A stretch of DNA of 64,000 nucleotides from an uncultured Chloroflexia bacterium (GCA_963843645.1 CAWJLE010000007.1:36125-100124); one strand, 5' to 3'; shown: positions 9,731 to 20,229, counted from the stretch's first letter. Notes: generated by a model from the letters alone, not told the origin. Numbers and translations are program-made.

Positions 9731-10807
9731 ATGTGGAATGAAGTGATCGAAAGGCACCCGGGGATTTCGGGCAGCGTGTTCAGCAGCTACGTTTCGCTGC
9801 GGGCGCGACTGCCTGAAATCACGATGCACGACGTGGTTGACAGCTTCGAAGAGTCAGCAGAGCTGATTCGCGTGCCGGGCATGCGCAATGCCCTGACGGT
9901 CTTCACGCCGGAGGGGTACGCGCGGACGTATCCCGCGTTCAAGGCGAACCTGGAGCGGAGCTTTCGCACGCACCTCGAGCAGGAGGGCGTCGACGACGGC
10001 CTGCTGCAGATGGCGGCGGATGAGATCATCGAGATTCTGGGGGACGAGGATCTGCCGGGCCCGGCCATTGGCCAGCAACTGCGGCGCCTCAAGGGGGTGC
10101 AGCCGGTCACCCTGGCGGCGATCTTGAGCGCACTCTGCGCCGAGCGGCTGCTGGTGCGGGCGCGGGTGGAAGGCAGCTCCGACCTTCCTATGTTCACGTA
10201 CGCGGTTTGGTCGAAGTGGGTGCCCGGAGTGAGGCTCCCCGGGGAGCCCGGATTTCGCCGGGCGGTGTCGGATCTGGCCGCACAATACTTCGCAGCCTAT
10301 CCGGACGCGACGGTGGAGGATTTCCGCTGGTGGGGCGGCTGGGAAGAGTCGCAGCTCCGGCTGATGGGACAGGAGCTGAAGTACTCGCGGCTGGCATCGG
10401 ACGCCACGCCGATCGAGGAGGCCTGGGCCGGCTGGCACCTGCTGCCGCCCCTGGACGCGCTGCTGATGGCCTATCGGTCTCCGCAGAGCTGGGTCCCGGC
10501 CGAGTGGGTCGATTGGGTGTTCGACGCGAGCGGCAACGCGACCTCGGTGATCGTCCACGACGGGCGGATCGCCGGGGTGTGGGACTTCCTGCAGCTGGAG
10601 GACGTCCTGCACGAGGCCCGGGTGGCGCTCTTCGATCCCAACGAGAAGGTCTCGTTCGAGCTGGACCAGCAGATCGCGGCCCTGGCCCGGTTCCTGGAAG
10701 TGGAGGTCGGGGACGTGATTCAGGTGACGCCGGACCGGCCGCTGAAGGACGCCGGGGAAAACGCGTTCCGCTCGCCGCTGCGCAACACGGCCGCCGAGAC
10801 GGGGTGA
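9731..10807 (+). CDS. AlkZ/YcaQ-like (HTH_42) DNA glycosylase-family protein, divergent
   Basis: SYVSLRARL, RVPGMRNAL, ATVEDFRWWGG, LLPPLDALLMAY, VHDGRIAGVW. Confidence 0.65.
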   Translation: MWNEVIERHPGISGSVFSSYVSLRARLPEITMHDVVDSFEESAELIRVPGMRNALTVFTPEGYARTYPAFKANLERSFRTHLEQEGVDDGLLQMAADEIIEILGDEDLPGPAIGQQLRRLKGVQPVTLAAILSALCAERLLVRARVEGSSDLPMFTYAVWSKWVPGVRLPGEPGFRRAVSDLAAQYFAAYPDATVEDFRWWGGWEESQLRLMGQELKYSRLASDATPIEEAWAGWHLLPPLDALLMAYRSPQSWVPAEWVDWVFDASGNATSVIVHDGRIAGVWDFLQLEDVLHEARVALFDPNEKVSFELDQQIAALARFLEVEVGDVIQVTPDRPLKDAGENAFRSPLRNTAAETG

Positions 10808-10859
10808 CGGTGTCTGCCGGTGGGACCCCGGACTGGTACCAATGGATGGTTGCCGCGTA

Positions 10860-10888
10860 TTGACACAAAAAGGTACATGTGATAATAT
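10860..10888 (+). promoter_or_regulatory. Sigma-70 promoter of csp, implying a ~180-nt 5' UTR
   Basis: TTGACA-17-TGaTAATAT. Confidence 0.65.
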
Positions 10889-11073
10889 ATCTCCCGTAGG
10901 ACGTCGTAAGTCTATGCCTCGGCTGAGAAAGACCGCCCAAGCCACTTACTGTTCGGGCGGTTTCACTTTTTTGCTGTGTCTGCCTGTTGCTCGCCGTCGA
11001 CCTAGTCTGGGGACAACTTCCACGCCCTACGCCAGTTCTTTTTCGGATCAGGGAAGGGAGGCTTTACCTGGAC

Positions 11074-11289
11074 ATGAGTGATGAGCGGATTACGGGTACT
11101 GTGAAGTGGTTCAATCGCATCAAGGGTTATGGCTTTATTGCGCGAGAGGGCGGATCAGACGTGTTCGTCCACTATTCGGCCATTCAGGCTGATGGCTTCC
11201 GCAACCTTGAGGAAGGAGAACAGGTAGAGTTTAGTGTCGAGGACAGCCCCAAAGGTCCTCACGCTGTGAACGTGGTGAAGGCCGCTTAG
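11074..11289 (+). CDS. cspA: Cold-shock protein
   Basis: [15 protein letters not shown] and DVFVHYSAI (RNP1/RNP2). Confidence 0.95.
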   Translation: MSDERITGTVKWFNRIKGYGFIAREGGSDVFVHYSAIQADGFRNLEEGEQVEFSVEDSPKGPHAVNVVKAA

Positions 11290-11378
11290 TTTACCACTAT
11301 TTCTGGCACCTGCTCTATTATTGACACAATCGATAGACCCTGACCGGCTGGCCGGCAGGGTCTTGTTATATGTGGGGC

Positions 11379-11488
11379 AGACCCCTCTCCCGCCTCTCCC
11401 CTGAGAAGGGAGAGGGGAACGACAGAAGCGACCACAAGTCGTTGCCGTTTTCCTCTCCCTTCTCAGGAGAGAGGCGGGAGAGGGGTCT
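11379..11488. repeat. REP/REPIN-like family B (CCTCTCCCCTGAGAAGGGAGAGG doublet)
   Basis: Inverted doublet; further copies at 13803, 29828, 39129, 43307 and 52920. Confidence 0.85.
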
Positions 11489-11504
11489 CCCCAAGGAGGG
11501 AACG

Positions 11505-12464
11505 TCACCCGCCGAGGTAGAGGTACTGCAGGCTGGGACCCTTCAGGTCGGTGCCGATGGCGCCCGGCAGGTCGACGGTGATCTTGGGGCCGCCGGCGAC
11601 GGACGTCAGCAGCGATTCCAGCAGCGTGGGCCGCGTGATCAGCTCGATCGTCCGAGGCGTGCCGTGGATGCCGGCCAGGTTGCCGGCCAGGCTGACCGCG
11701 TCGTCCAGGTTGCCTTCCTGGTCGGCCAGGCCGAGCTTGATGGCCTGCAGCCCGGTGTAGACGCGGCCGTCGGCCAGCTCACGCACTTTGGCTTCGGGCA
11801 GATTGCGCCCTTTGGCCACGATGCCCACGAACTGGTCGAAGGCTTCATTAATGATCGTTTGCCAGACGGCTTTCTCCTCGTCGGTCATCGGCCGGAATGG
11901 GCTGCCCTCGTCCTTCAGCTTCCCGCTCTTGATGACCGTGACGTCCAGGCCGATCTTGCCCATCAGGCCCTGGATGTTGGGCATCTCGGCGATGACGCCA
12001 ATGCTGCCGGTGAGCGTGGCCGGGTTCACGACGATCTTATCGGCGGCGCAGGAAATGTAGTATCCGCCGGACGCGGCCATCTCGCCCATGGACACGACGA
12101 TGGGCTTGTCGACTTTGAGGAGCGCGTTGTATATCTCGTTCGAGGCCACCACGCCGCCGCCCGGGCTGACCACCCGGAGGACGATCGCCTTCACCTCCGG
12201 ATTCTTGTCGGCCTTCTCGATTACTTTGATGAGCGGATCGGAATAGACCGTGCCGGCAGACAGGGAACCCTGCCCTCCGGCGATGGCGCCTTCCACCCGG
12301 ATGATGCCGACCGTGGCGCCCCGCTCGGGTCCGCCGAAAAAGGAGACCGCGCGCGAGCTGGCGGCGTAGCTGCCGAAACACGCGACCACGTTGAACAGGG
12401 CAAAGACGAGAGCCACCAATACGACGACGCCGATGACGATCCAAACAGGTCTGCTCTTATTCAT
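11505..12464 (-). CDS. sppA: Signal peptide peptidase SppA (36K type)
   Basis: SPGG, AASGGYY, TGSIGV, KSGKLKD, LADGRVYTG. Confidence 0.93.
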   Translation of the reverse strand: MNKSRPVWIVIGVVVLVALVFALFNVVACFGSYAASSRAVSFFGGPERGATVGIIRVEGAIAGGQGSLSAGTVYSDPLIKVIEKADKNPEVKAIVLRVVSPGGGVVASNEIYNALLKVDKPIVVSMGEMAASGGYYISCAADKIVVNPATLTGSIGVIAEMPNIQGLMGKIGLDVTVIKSGKLKDEGSPFRPMTDEEKAVWQTIINEAFDQFVGIVAKGRNLPEAKVRELADGRVYTGLQAIKLGLADQEGNLDDAVSLAGNLAGIHGTPRTIELITRPTLLESLLTSVAGGPKITVDLPGAIGTDLKGPSLQYLYLGG

Positions 12465-12483
12465 GTCTCAGCCTCCGGGACAC

Positions 12484-13698
12484 TCAGGACTGGCCGCGGA
12501 CCAGGCGGACGAATTTGCGCCGGCCGATCTGCAACACAGCGTCGCGCGTGACCTCCACGCGCGTTTCGACATTGGAGACGGCCGCGCCGTCCAGCTTCAC
12601 ACCGCCCTGCTGGATCAGCCGGCGGCCTTCGCTCTTGCTCTGGATCAAGCCGGCCTCGGACATCAGGTCGACGATGTTGGGGGCGCCGGTTAGCTCGAAG
12701 ACGGGCATGTCTTCGGGCAGGTCGCGCTGGCGGAAGACGGTGATGAAATTCGCCTCGGCCTGCTCGGCAGCCGCCTCGCCGTGGAAGATCGAAACGACCT
12801 CGCGCGCCAGCTCCATCTTGACGTCACGCGGATTGGCGCCGCGGCATCCTGGCCTCGAGTTCCCGCGATCTGGTCCGGTGTGTAGCGCGTGACCAGCATG
12901 AAGTAGTTGAGCATGGCCGAGTCGGGGATGCTCATGACCTTGCCGTACATCTCCTCGGGCGGCTCGTTGATGCCGATGGCATTGCCGATGCTCTTGGACA
13001 TGCGGACGTGGCCGTCCGTGCCGACCAGGATGGGCACGGTGACGGCGATCTGCGGCGCGCTGGTTGAAGGCGCGCTGCAGCACGCGGCCGGCCAGCAGGT
13101 TGAAGAGCTGATCGGTGCCGCCGACCTGCACGTCGGTCTCCTGCGCCACGGCGTCGTAGCCCTGCATCAGCGCGTAGAAGAACTCGTGCAGGTAGATGGC
13201 GTCGCCCTTGGCGAAGCGCTTGGAGAAATTGTCGCGCTCCAGGAACTGCGCCACGGTGAAATGGGACGCCAGCTTGATCACGTCCGCGAAGGTCAGCTTC
13301 GACAGCCACTCGGCGTTGTACCGGATGCGGGTCTTCTGCGGGTCCAGAATCTTGAACGCCTGGTCCGTATAGGTCTTGGCGTTCGCCATCAGCTGCTCGG
13401 GCGACAGCATGGGCCGCGTCTTGTCCTTGTCGGACGGGTCGCCGACCAGGCCGGTGAAGTTGCCGATGAGGAACGTTACGTCGTGGCCCATCTCCTGGAA
13501 CTGGCGGAGCTTGCGGATCGGGACGGTGTGGCCCAGGTGGATGTCCGGAGCGGAGGGATCGACTCCGAGGTAGACGCGCAGCGGCCGGCCCTCTTTGAGA
13601 CGCTCGCGCAATTCGTCTTCCATGTTCTTCCGGATCTGATCGTCTCCATAGTCGACGCCTTGCATCAGAATGGGCATCTGTTCTTCGACTGGGCGCAT
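12484..13698 (-). CDS. tyrS: Tyrosyl-tRNA synthetase (apparent frameshifts near 13055 and 12850)
   Basis: GVDPSAPDIHLGH, GGTDQLFN, RMSKSIGN (in alternate-frame ORF 12690..13037), S4-like C-terminus. Confidence 0.95.
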   Translation of the reverse strand: MRPVEEQMPILMQGVDYGDDQIRKNMEDELRERLKEGRPLRVYLGVDPSAPDIHLGHTVPIRKLRQFQEMGHDVTFLIGNFTGLVGDPSDKDKTRPMLSPEQLMANAKTYTDQAFKILDPQKTRIRYNAEWLSKLTFADVIKLASHFTVAQFLERDNFSKRFAKGDAIYLHEFFYALMQGYDAVAQETDVQVGGTDQLFNLLAGRVLQRAFNQRAADRRHRAHPGRHGRPRPHVQEHRQCHRHQRAARGDVRQGHEHPRLGHAQLLHAGHALHTGPDRGNSRPGCRGANPRDVKMELAREVVSIFHGEAAAEQAEANFITVFRQRDLPEDMPVFELTGAPNIVDLMSEAGLIQSKSEGRRLIQQGGVKLDGAAVSNVETRVEVTRDAVLQIGRRKFVRLVRGQS

Positions 13699-13802
13699 GC
13701 GTTCTCCTCCGGTGGCAACGTAAGGTTACTGTGCGGTGATTATTATAGCACAGGACGAGGCGAGACGGAAACGCCCATCGACTGCCCGCGGTTCATCCTG
13801 GG

Positions 13803-13909
13803 GGCCGACCTCTCTCCCGGCCTCTCCCCTGAGAAGGGAGAGGAGCAAGTCGTTGCCGTTGTCGTTCTCCTCTCCCTTCTCAGGGGAGAGGCCGGGAGAG
13901 AGGTCGGCC
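13803..13909. repeat. REP family B doublet
   Basis: ggccgacctctctccc...gggagagaggtcggcc inverted repeat. Confidence 0.85.
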
Positions 13910-13983
13910 GCTCCCTCGGGATGGCAGTATTCGGGGAGAGCCGCGGCCTGCAAGGGGCGGCGACGGTGACGATGGCGGGGTTG

Positions 13984-14048
13984 GCGGGCAGCCACACAGG
14001 GCTGCCCCTACGTCCGGTCAGGTAGGGGCAGCCCTGGGTGGCTACCCG
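13984..14048. repeat. GTAG-type REP family C doublet
   Basis: gggcagccacacagggctgcccctac / gtaggggcagccctgggtggctaccc; related copies at 54516 and 56449. Confidence 0.8.
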
Positions 14049-14125
14049 CCAACCCCACGAGCCGGGTGGTCGCCGTCGGGCGGACCCTTCTTCCGTGCGA
14101 CGGACCGTCAAAACGCAGGAATCTT

Positions 14126-14154
14126 TTGACAATCACCGCCACTTGCCTTACAAT
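14126..14154 (+). promoter_or_regulatory. Sigma-70 promoter of the alaS operon
   Basis: TTGACA-17-TACAAT. Confidence 0.7.
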
Positions 14155-14191
14155 GGCGTTTACTTTGCAGGAGATTGAGGTATCCTTCCTT

Positions 14192-16915
14192 ATGAAAACA
14201 ATGACCAGCGCTCAGATCAGGCAAGCATTCATCGATTTCTACGCGCGCAATGGGCATACGTCCGTGTCCAGCTCGTCTCTGGTTCCCATCGGCGATCGTA
14301 CGTTGCTCTTTACCAACGCGGGCATGGTTCAGTTCAAGGACGTCTTCCTGGGCCTGGAAAAACGTGACTACACGCGAGCCGTGACGTCGCAGAAGTGCAT
14401 GCGGGTCAGCGGCAAGCACAACGACCTGGAGAACGTAGGACCGTCTCCGCGCCACCACACGTTTTTCGAGATGCTGGGCAATTTCTCTTTCGGCGATTAC
14501 TTCAAGCGGGACGCCATTCGTTTCGCCTGGACGTTCCTGACGGAAGACCTCGGGTTGCCGGCCGACCGCCTGTGGCCCACGATCTACGTGGACGACGACG
14601 AAGCATTTGCCCTGTGGCAGGAAGTGGCGGGCGTGCCCGCGGAACGCATCTCGCGGCTGGGCAAGAAGGACAATTTCTGGTCGATGGGCGACACCGGACC
14701 GTGCGGCCCGTGCTCCGAGATCATGTACGATCGCGGCATCGAGCACTGCACCTGCGGCCGCCCGGATTGCAACCCCTCGATCGAGTGCGAGCGGTGGTGG
14801 GAGCTGTGGAACCTGGTCTTCATGCAGTTCGACGCCGCCGAAGACGGGACCCTGACGCCGCTGCCGCGCCCCAGCATCGATACGGGCATGGGGTTGGAGC
14901 GCATCGCTTCCGTGATGCAGCAGAAGAACACCAACTACGACACCGACCTGTTCCAGCCGATGGTGAAACGCACGCAGGAGATGCTGCACCACACCGACGA
15001 GCAGATGCAGAAGGGCATGGTGTCCTACCGGGTGATTGCGGACCACAGCCGGGCCGTGACCTTTCTGATCGGCGACGGCGTGATCCCGGGCAACGAGGGC
15101 CGCGGCTACGTGCTGCGCCTGATCCTGCGCCGTGCGGCGCGTCACGGGCGCCTGCTGGGCTTCACTGAGCCGTTCCTGAGCGAGATCGCCCAGGTGGTGA
15201 TCGACACGATGGGCTCGCACTACCAGGAGCTGGTGTCGCGGCGGGACTTCATCCTGCGCGTGATCCAGCAGGAGGAAGAACGCTTTCAGCAGACGCTGAG
15301 CGTGGGCCTGACCCTGCTCGACGACCTGATGGCGGAGCTGACGGCGAAGGGCGAGACGACGATCGCCGGCGAGGACGCATTTCGGCTGTACGACACGTAT
15401 GGATTCCCGTTGGACCTGACGCGCGAGGTGGCTCAGGAGCGCGGCTTCAAGATCGACGAAGCCGGCTTTCGCGCGGCCATGACCGAACAGCGCAAGCGGG
15501 CGCGCGCCGCGCAGCATTTCGCCGCCGCGGGCGCCGAAACGATCCAGATCTACGTCGAGGCCCTGGAGGCCCTGCAAGAGCGCCAGCTGCTGGGCTCTGA
15601 CGGCGTGGAGCACATATACGACGAGACGGTCGAGGTCGATACCAACCTGATCGGCCTCATCAAGGATGGCCGGCTGGTGCAGAGCGCGAAAGAAGGCGAC
15701 GCCGTGGAGGTCATCCTGCCCGTGACGCCGTTCTACGTGGAGGGCGGCGGGCAGATCAGCGACACCGGCCTGATCAACCACGCCGTGCGCCGCGAAAACG
15801 AAGAGGTCGTGGACTGGGAGATCGAAGTCACGGACATGAAGCGCCCCATCCCGGGCCTCATCGTCCACGTGGGGACCGTCGTCTCGGGCGAGCCGCACGA
15901 CGGAGACCCGGTTTGGGCGGCCGTCGATCTGGACCGCCGCTGGGACATCGCCCGCAACCACACGGCCACCCATCTGCTGCACGCGGCGCTGCGCCAGGTT
16001 TTGGGCGAGCACGCCCAGCAGGCGGGCTCCCGCGTGGAGGCGGAGCGCCTGCGTTTCGACTTCACGCACTCCGCCATGCTGACGCAGGACGAGCTGCAGG
16101 ACGTGGAGCAGATCGTGAACGAGGCGATTCTGGCGAACTACCCGCTGGAGTCCATTCAGACCAATTATCAGGACGCGGTCAGCCGCGGGGCCATCGCGCT
16201 TTTCGATGAGAAGTACGGCGACGTCGTGCGCATGATCCAGGTCGGGCCGAGCGACGCGCCGGTGAGCCAGGAGCTGTGCGGCGGCACGCACGTGGGCTGG
16301 ACCAGCGAGATCGGCCTGTTCCACATCGTGTCCGAGGGCAGCGTGGGCTCGGGGTTGCGGCGCATAGAGGCCGTGAGCGGCCGCGGCGCGCAGCACCTGG
16401 TGCAGGAGCGGCTGGCCGTGCTGGACTCGACGGCGGCGTTCCTGGGCTGTCGGCCGGACGAGGTGGATCGCAAGGTGCTCAGCTTGCTGGACGACGTGCA
16501 GAAAGCGCAGCGCGAGGCGGGCCGATTGCGGCGGCGGCTGGCCCGGCTCGAATCGGAATCGCTGCTGAGCCACGTTCAGGACGTGCAGGGCGTGCCCGTG
16601 CTCGCCGTGCAGGTGGACGCCGCCGACTCCGACAGCCTGCGCGAGCTGAGCGATTGGTTCCGCGAGCGCATGCAATCAGGCGTGATCGTACTGGGGGCGG
16701 TCTTCGACGCAAAGCCGAATTTCGTGGCGGTGGTCACGCCGGATTTGGTGCGGCGCGGGCTGCACGCCGGCCAGCTCGTCAAAGCCGTGGCTCAGGCCGT
16801 CGGCGGTGGAGGGGGCGGCAGGCCGAACCTGGCCCAGGCCGGCGGACGCGACGCCAGCCGGCTGCCGCACGCACTGAAGCTGGTGCCCGAACTCGTTGCG
16901 CAGCAGCTATCCTGA
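14192..16915 (+). CDS. alaS: Alanyl-tRNA synthetase
   Basis: LLFTNAGMVQFK, HHTFFEMLGNFSFGDYFK, HTATHLLH, ELCGGTH, GGGGRP. Confidence 0.98.
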   Translation: MKTMTSAQIRQAFIDFYARNGHTSVSSSSLVPIGDRTLLFTNAGMVQFKDVFLGLEKRDYTRAVTSQKCMRVSGKHNDLENVGPSPRHHTFFEMLGNFSFGDYFKRDAIRFAWTFLTEDLGLPADRLWPTIYVDDDEAFALWQEVAGVPAERISRLGKKDNFWSMGDTGPCGPCSEIMYDRGIEHCTCGRPDCNPSIECERWWELWNLVFMQFDAAEDGTLTPLPRPSIDTGMGLERIASVMQQKNTNYDTDLFQPMVKRTQEMLHHTDEQMQKGMVSYRVIADHSRAVTFLIGDGVIPGNEGRGYVLRLILRRAARHGRLLGFTEPFLSEIAQVVIDTMGSHYQELVSRRDFILRVIQQEEERFQQTLSVGLTLLDDLMAELTAKGETTIAGEDAFRLYDTYGFPLDLTREVAQERGFKIDEAGFRAAMTEQRKRARAAQHFAAAGAETIQIYVEALEALQERQLLGSDGVEHIYDETVEVDTNLIGLIKDGRLVQSAKEGDAVEVILPVTPFYVEGGGQISDTGLINHAVRRENEEVVDWEIEVTDMKRPIPGLIVHVGTVVSGEPHDGDPVWAAVDLDRRWDIARNHTATHLLHAALRQVLGEHAQQAGSRVEAERLRFDFTHSAMLTQDELQDVEQIVNEAILANYPLESIQTNYQDAVSRGAIALFDEKYGDVVRMIQVGPSDAPVSQELCGGTHVGWTSEIGLFHIVSEGSVGSGLRRIEAVSGRGAQHLVQERLAVLDSTAAFLGCRPDEVDRKVLSLLDDVQKAQREAGRLRRRLARLESESLLSHVQDVQGVPVLAVQVDAADSDSLRELSDWFRERMQSGVIVLGAVFDAKPNFVAVVTPDLVRRGLHAGQLVKAVAQAVGGGGGGRPNLAQAGGRDASRLPHALKLVPELVAQQLS

Positions 16916-16937
16916 CGCGGTTCGGGTGACGCGGCGC

Positions 16938-18232
16938 ATGGATCTCCCGAAAACCGGCTTATTGAATGGATTGCTGGGGAAGATCGGCAGCGGCCAGCCT
17001 ACCCTGGTCAGCGTCGTCGATCCCGGCAGTGAGTACGTCAAGGCTCTGGTTGTCGAGCTGAATGGCGACCGCGCAGTGATCCTCGGGCAGGGTGTCGAGC
17101 GGCACGAGGAAAAGCCATTCGATCGTGGGACCAGGGCCGTCGATTTGCGGCTCCAAAGGGCCTGCGACGCGGCCTTGCGCCAGGCCGAGGACATGACCGC
17201 GACGGTGGGCGGCGCGTGCGCGCAGAAGGTGGTCCCCGATCACCTCGTCCTGAGCTGCCCGCCCCAATGGGTGCGCCAGGGCGCCTTCACGGTGCAGCAG
17301 CGGCGAGCGTCTCCCGGACAGGAGATCACCGAGAAGGAGCTGGAAGGCACCCTCATCCGGGCCCAGCGACTGGCCTTGCAGCAGCTGGCCGAGCAGCTGG
17401 GCGTGTCCAAGAGCGAGCTCAGCGCCATCGGGTTTGCCGTGATCCGGAGTCGAAGGTCGGCGGCCATCCGGTGAGCGATCCGGTGGGCTTTCACGGCGAT
17501 ACCCTCTCCCTGACCGTCTTCAACGCCGTGGCGCAGAACCGGCACCTGGCGGTGATGCAGCGCCTGGCCGAGCACCTGGAGCTGGAGCTGATTCAGCTGG
17601 TATCAGAGGAGCACGTCGTGGCCGATTGCCTGCCAACCGAAGAGGCCGTCCTGGTCAACACCGGCAGCGACCTGACGTCGCTCAGCTGGACGCGGGCCGG
17701 CTGCCCGCTGCGGATGATCACGCTGCCGTTCGGCGGGCGCAACCTGAGCGAGCATCTGGCGTCGGCTTTCGATCTCGCACCCGCCAGGGCGGAAGCCTTG
17801 AAGCTGCGCTACAGCCTGGACCGGCTGGACGCCGAAGACGCGGAAGCCGTCCGCCAGACCCTGGCCCCGGCGATCGTGGAGTGGTTGGCGCGGGTAGAGT
17901 CCGGGCTGGCGGCCCTGGCCGGGAAGCGGGTATTGCCGCCGTTCATCTATTTCTGCGGCGGCGGCAGCGAGCTGTCCGATCTGCTGGACGCGGCGCACAG
18001 TTTCCCCTGGCTGCAGCATTTGAAGTTTTCGCGTTATCCGGAGGTGCACGTCTTCGGCCCCGGACAGGTGCCCGGCGTGTTCAACCGGACGAGCCACGTC
18101 GGCGGGCGTGAGATGACCGTCGCCACGGCGCTGGCCCGGTGGGCGATTCCCCGCAAGAAGATCGGCGAGCGGATGTGGGGTATGTTGGAGCGGGTAACGC
18201 GCAAGCAGGTCGACGTCTATTCCGGAGGTTGA
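16938..18232 (+). CDS. Divergent FtsA/PilM-like actin-fold protein (frameshift near 17440)
   Basis: VVDPGSEYVKALV (phosphate-1), VLVNTGSDLT (phosphate-2), PFGGRNLS...AEALK, FCGGGSEL (adenosine motif). Confidence 0.75.
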
Positions 18233-18238
18233 TGCGTA

Positions 18239-19765
18239 TTGGAGGAACAGAGCACTCGCGAACAGATCATTCACCTGGAGCCCAACGATGACATCGTGGC
18301 TATCCGGGAGGTCCTGTCCTGGACCAAGGCGCGGCGTGTCGTTCTGGTCGTTCCCCCCGCCCTGCGGAGCCTGCAGAGCAAGGTCAATCTGAAGCTGCTG
18401 CACCGCCACGGCGCTAATCTGGGCAAGGAAGTCGTCCTGGTTACGGCGGATCGGGTCACACGCGAGCTCAGCTACGAGGTGGGGCTGCCCATCTTCCTGA
18501 CGGTGGAGAAAGCGGCGCGGGCGCGCCTGAAGGGCCCGGCCCAACTGGAGGCGCTGAAGCCGTTTCGCAGGACGGTGGATCGGCCTCGACGCACCAAGTC
18601 AGCCGAGGCCATGCGCAGCGAATCGCCGTTCCTGGCCAATCAGATCATCGCCGTCCTGCTGTTCGCAGGCATCCTGCTCGTGGTAGCGGCGGCCGGATTC
18701 CTGGTCCTGCCGGGCGCTCAGGTCACGGTGGTGCAGGCCGCCCAGCCTATCGAGCGCACCATCCAATTGCGAGCCGATCCCAACACCACGAACGCAGACT
18801 ACGAAGCGAAGGTAATCCCGGCGCGCCTGCTGGGTGTGGAAGTCGAGGCGAACGCGCAGGTGCCGACGGCGGCCAAGAAGGACTCTCCGGACGTGCGGGC
18901 GAACGGTAAGGTGGTGTTCGTCAACCAGCTCAACCAGCCGGTCACCGTCGCGGTTGGGACGGTGGTGGCCACGTCGGCGGGCACGCCCGTTCGTTTCACC
19001 ACGGTGGAACAGGTTACCGTGCCGGGGCAGATCGGCGCGACCATCGAAGCGAGCGTGGTGGCGGTCGACGCGGGGCCCAGCGGCAACGTGAAGAGCTACC
19101 TGATCAACGTGGTCCAGGGGCCGCTGGCGACGCAGGTCAAGGTCATCAACCAGCAGCCCATGAGCGGCGGCAACGTCCGGCAGGTGGGCGTGGTGACGCA
19201 GGCCGACAAAGACCAGGTGAAGGCCATCCTGTTGCAGCAGCTGCAGCAGAAGGCCCGGGCCGCGCTGCAGGCCGAGCTGGGCGAGCAGGAGTTCATCCCG
19301 CCCGAAACTATCCAGATCTTCCCGCTCGATGAGACGTACGACCGCTTCGTCGGGGAGCAGGCGGATGCGCTGGGGCTCAAGATGCGAGTGGCGGCGCGCG
19401 GCAGCGTGATCGCCGGCTACAACGCGAATGCCCTGGTGCTGGACCAGCTGGAAAAGAACATCGATCCCAAGTTCCAGTTGTTGCCGCAGGGCCTGACCTT
19501 CCAGCCGGCCCAGGTGGAATCGGTCAGCGACGACGGCGTGGTGGTCTTCAACATGCGAGTCACGGGCAACATCGGTCTGCGTCTGCCCAAAGCGGAAGCC
19601 ATCCAGGCGATCCAGGGCAAGCCAATCGGGGACGCGATCGATTATCTGACGCGCACGTACGGCTTGAAGCGGCCGGCCGAGATCGTGGTGATGCCGGACT
19701 GGCTGGGGCGCGTGCCTTTCTTCCCCTTCAGGATTCAGCTGACGATCAAGACCGAGGTGGTTTGA
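18239..19765 (+). CDS. Single-pass membrane protein with a baseplate J/gp47-like external domain
   Basis: N-terminal cytoplasmic alpha/beta domain, one TM helix (IIAVLLFAGILLVVAAAGFLVL), then ANGKVVFVN...GTVV...RFTT...VVAVDAGPSGNV...N..PMSGG. Confidence 0.7.
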   Translation: MEEQSTREQIIHLEPNDDIVAIREVLSWTKARRVVLVVPPALRSLQSKVNLKLLHRHGANLGKEVVLVTADRVTRELSYEVGLPIFLTVEKAARARLKGPAQLEALKPFRRTVDRPRRTKSAEAMRSESPFLANQIIAVLLFAGILLVVAAAGFLVLPGAQVTVVQAAQPIERTIQLRADPNTTNADYEAKVIPARLLGVEVEANAQVPTAAKKDSPDVRANGKVVFVNQLNQPVTVAVGTVVATSAGTPVRFTTVEQVTVPGQIGATIEASVVAVDAGPSGNVKSYLINVVQGPLATQVKVINQQPMSGGNVRQVGVVTQADKDQVKAILLQQLQQKARAALQAELGEQEFIPPETIQIFPLDETYDRFVGEQADALGLKMRVAARGSVIAGYNANALVLDQLEKNIDPKFQLLPQGLTFQPAQVESVSDDGVVVFNMRVTGNIGLRLPKAEAIQAIQGKPIGDAIDYLTRTYGLKRPAEIVVMPDWLGRVPFFPFRIQLTIKTEVV

Positions 19766-20229
19766 TGCGCCTGTTGGGGCTGGACGTCGGTGAGAAGCGC
19801 ATCGGCGTCGCGCTGAGCGAAGGGGGCATCCTGGCCAGGCCGCTGACGGTCATTCACCGTCGCACGCGCGTAGAGGATTTCGCCACGATCGCGGATCTCG
19901 TGCGGCAGCACCAGGTCGAGCGCGTGGTCGTCGGGCTGCCGACTTCGACGGAGGGGGAGGTCGGCGCGCAGGCGCGGCGGGTGAAGCGGTTCTCCCGCGA
20001 CCTGGCCCGCACCCTGCCGGCGCCCCTCGTCTTCGTCGACGAGAGCTACACCACCGTGGAGGCGCTGGACATCATGACCACCGCGGGGCAATCGCGCAAG
20101 AAACGGCGCGAGCGCGTCGATGCGGTGGCGGCAGCAGTCATCCTTCAGGCCTACCTCAGTCCCGAGGAGCCCCAGGCGGAAGGTCCGCTGTCCGCCGAGC
20201 GAGGTAGCGAAACCCATGAAGATCATTAG
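19765..20229 (+). CDS. ruvX: YqgF/RuvX pre-16S rRNA nuclease
   Basis: LGLDVGEKRIGVALS, VVVGLP, VDESYTT, VDAVAAAVIL. Confidence 0.93.
   Translation: MRLLGLDVGEKRIGVALSEGGILARPLTVIHRRTRVEDFATIADLVRQHQVERVVVGLPTSTEGEVGAQARRVKRFSRDLARTLPAPLVFVDESYTTVEALDIMTTAGQSRKKRRERVDAVAAAVILQAYLSPEEPQAEGPLSAERGSETHEDH

Noticed and set aside
13726-14132. Short ORFs with LSPEKGE/SPFSGER or TSEVSKTSEV peptides (also near 11370, 29740, 39014, 43186, 52905)
   Set aside because: These are translations of REP palindromes, not genes.
13700-14190. T-box leaders for tyrS or alaS
   Set aside because: No GGTGGNACCGCG motif seen; the interval is filled by REP families B and C and the promoters lie close to the genes.
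14108-16675. Long antisense ORFs (855 aa opposite alaS, 773 aa at 56606-58927, 602 aa at 7454-9262)
   Set aside because: Shadow ORFs expected from high-GC codon bias; no recognisable motifs.
18239-19765. Prophage, T6SS or tailocin locus
   Set aside because: Only one J-like domain, membrane-anchored, among housekeeping genes; no sheath, tube, capsid or integrase.
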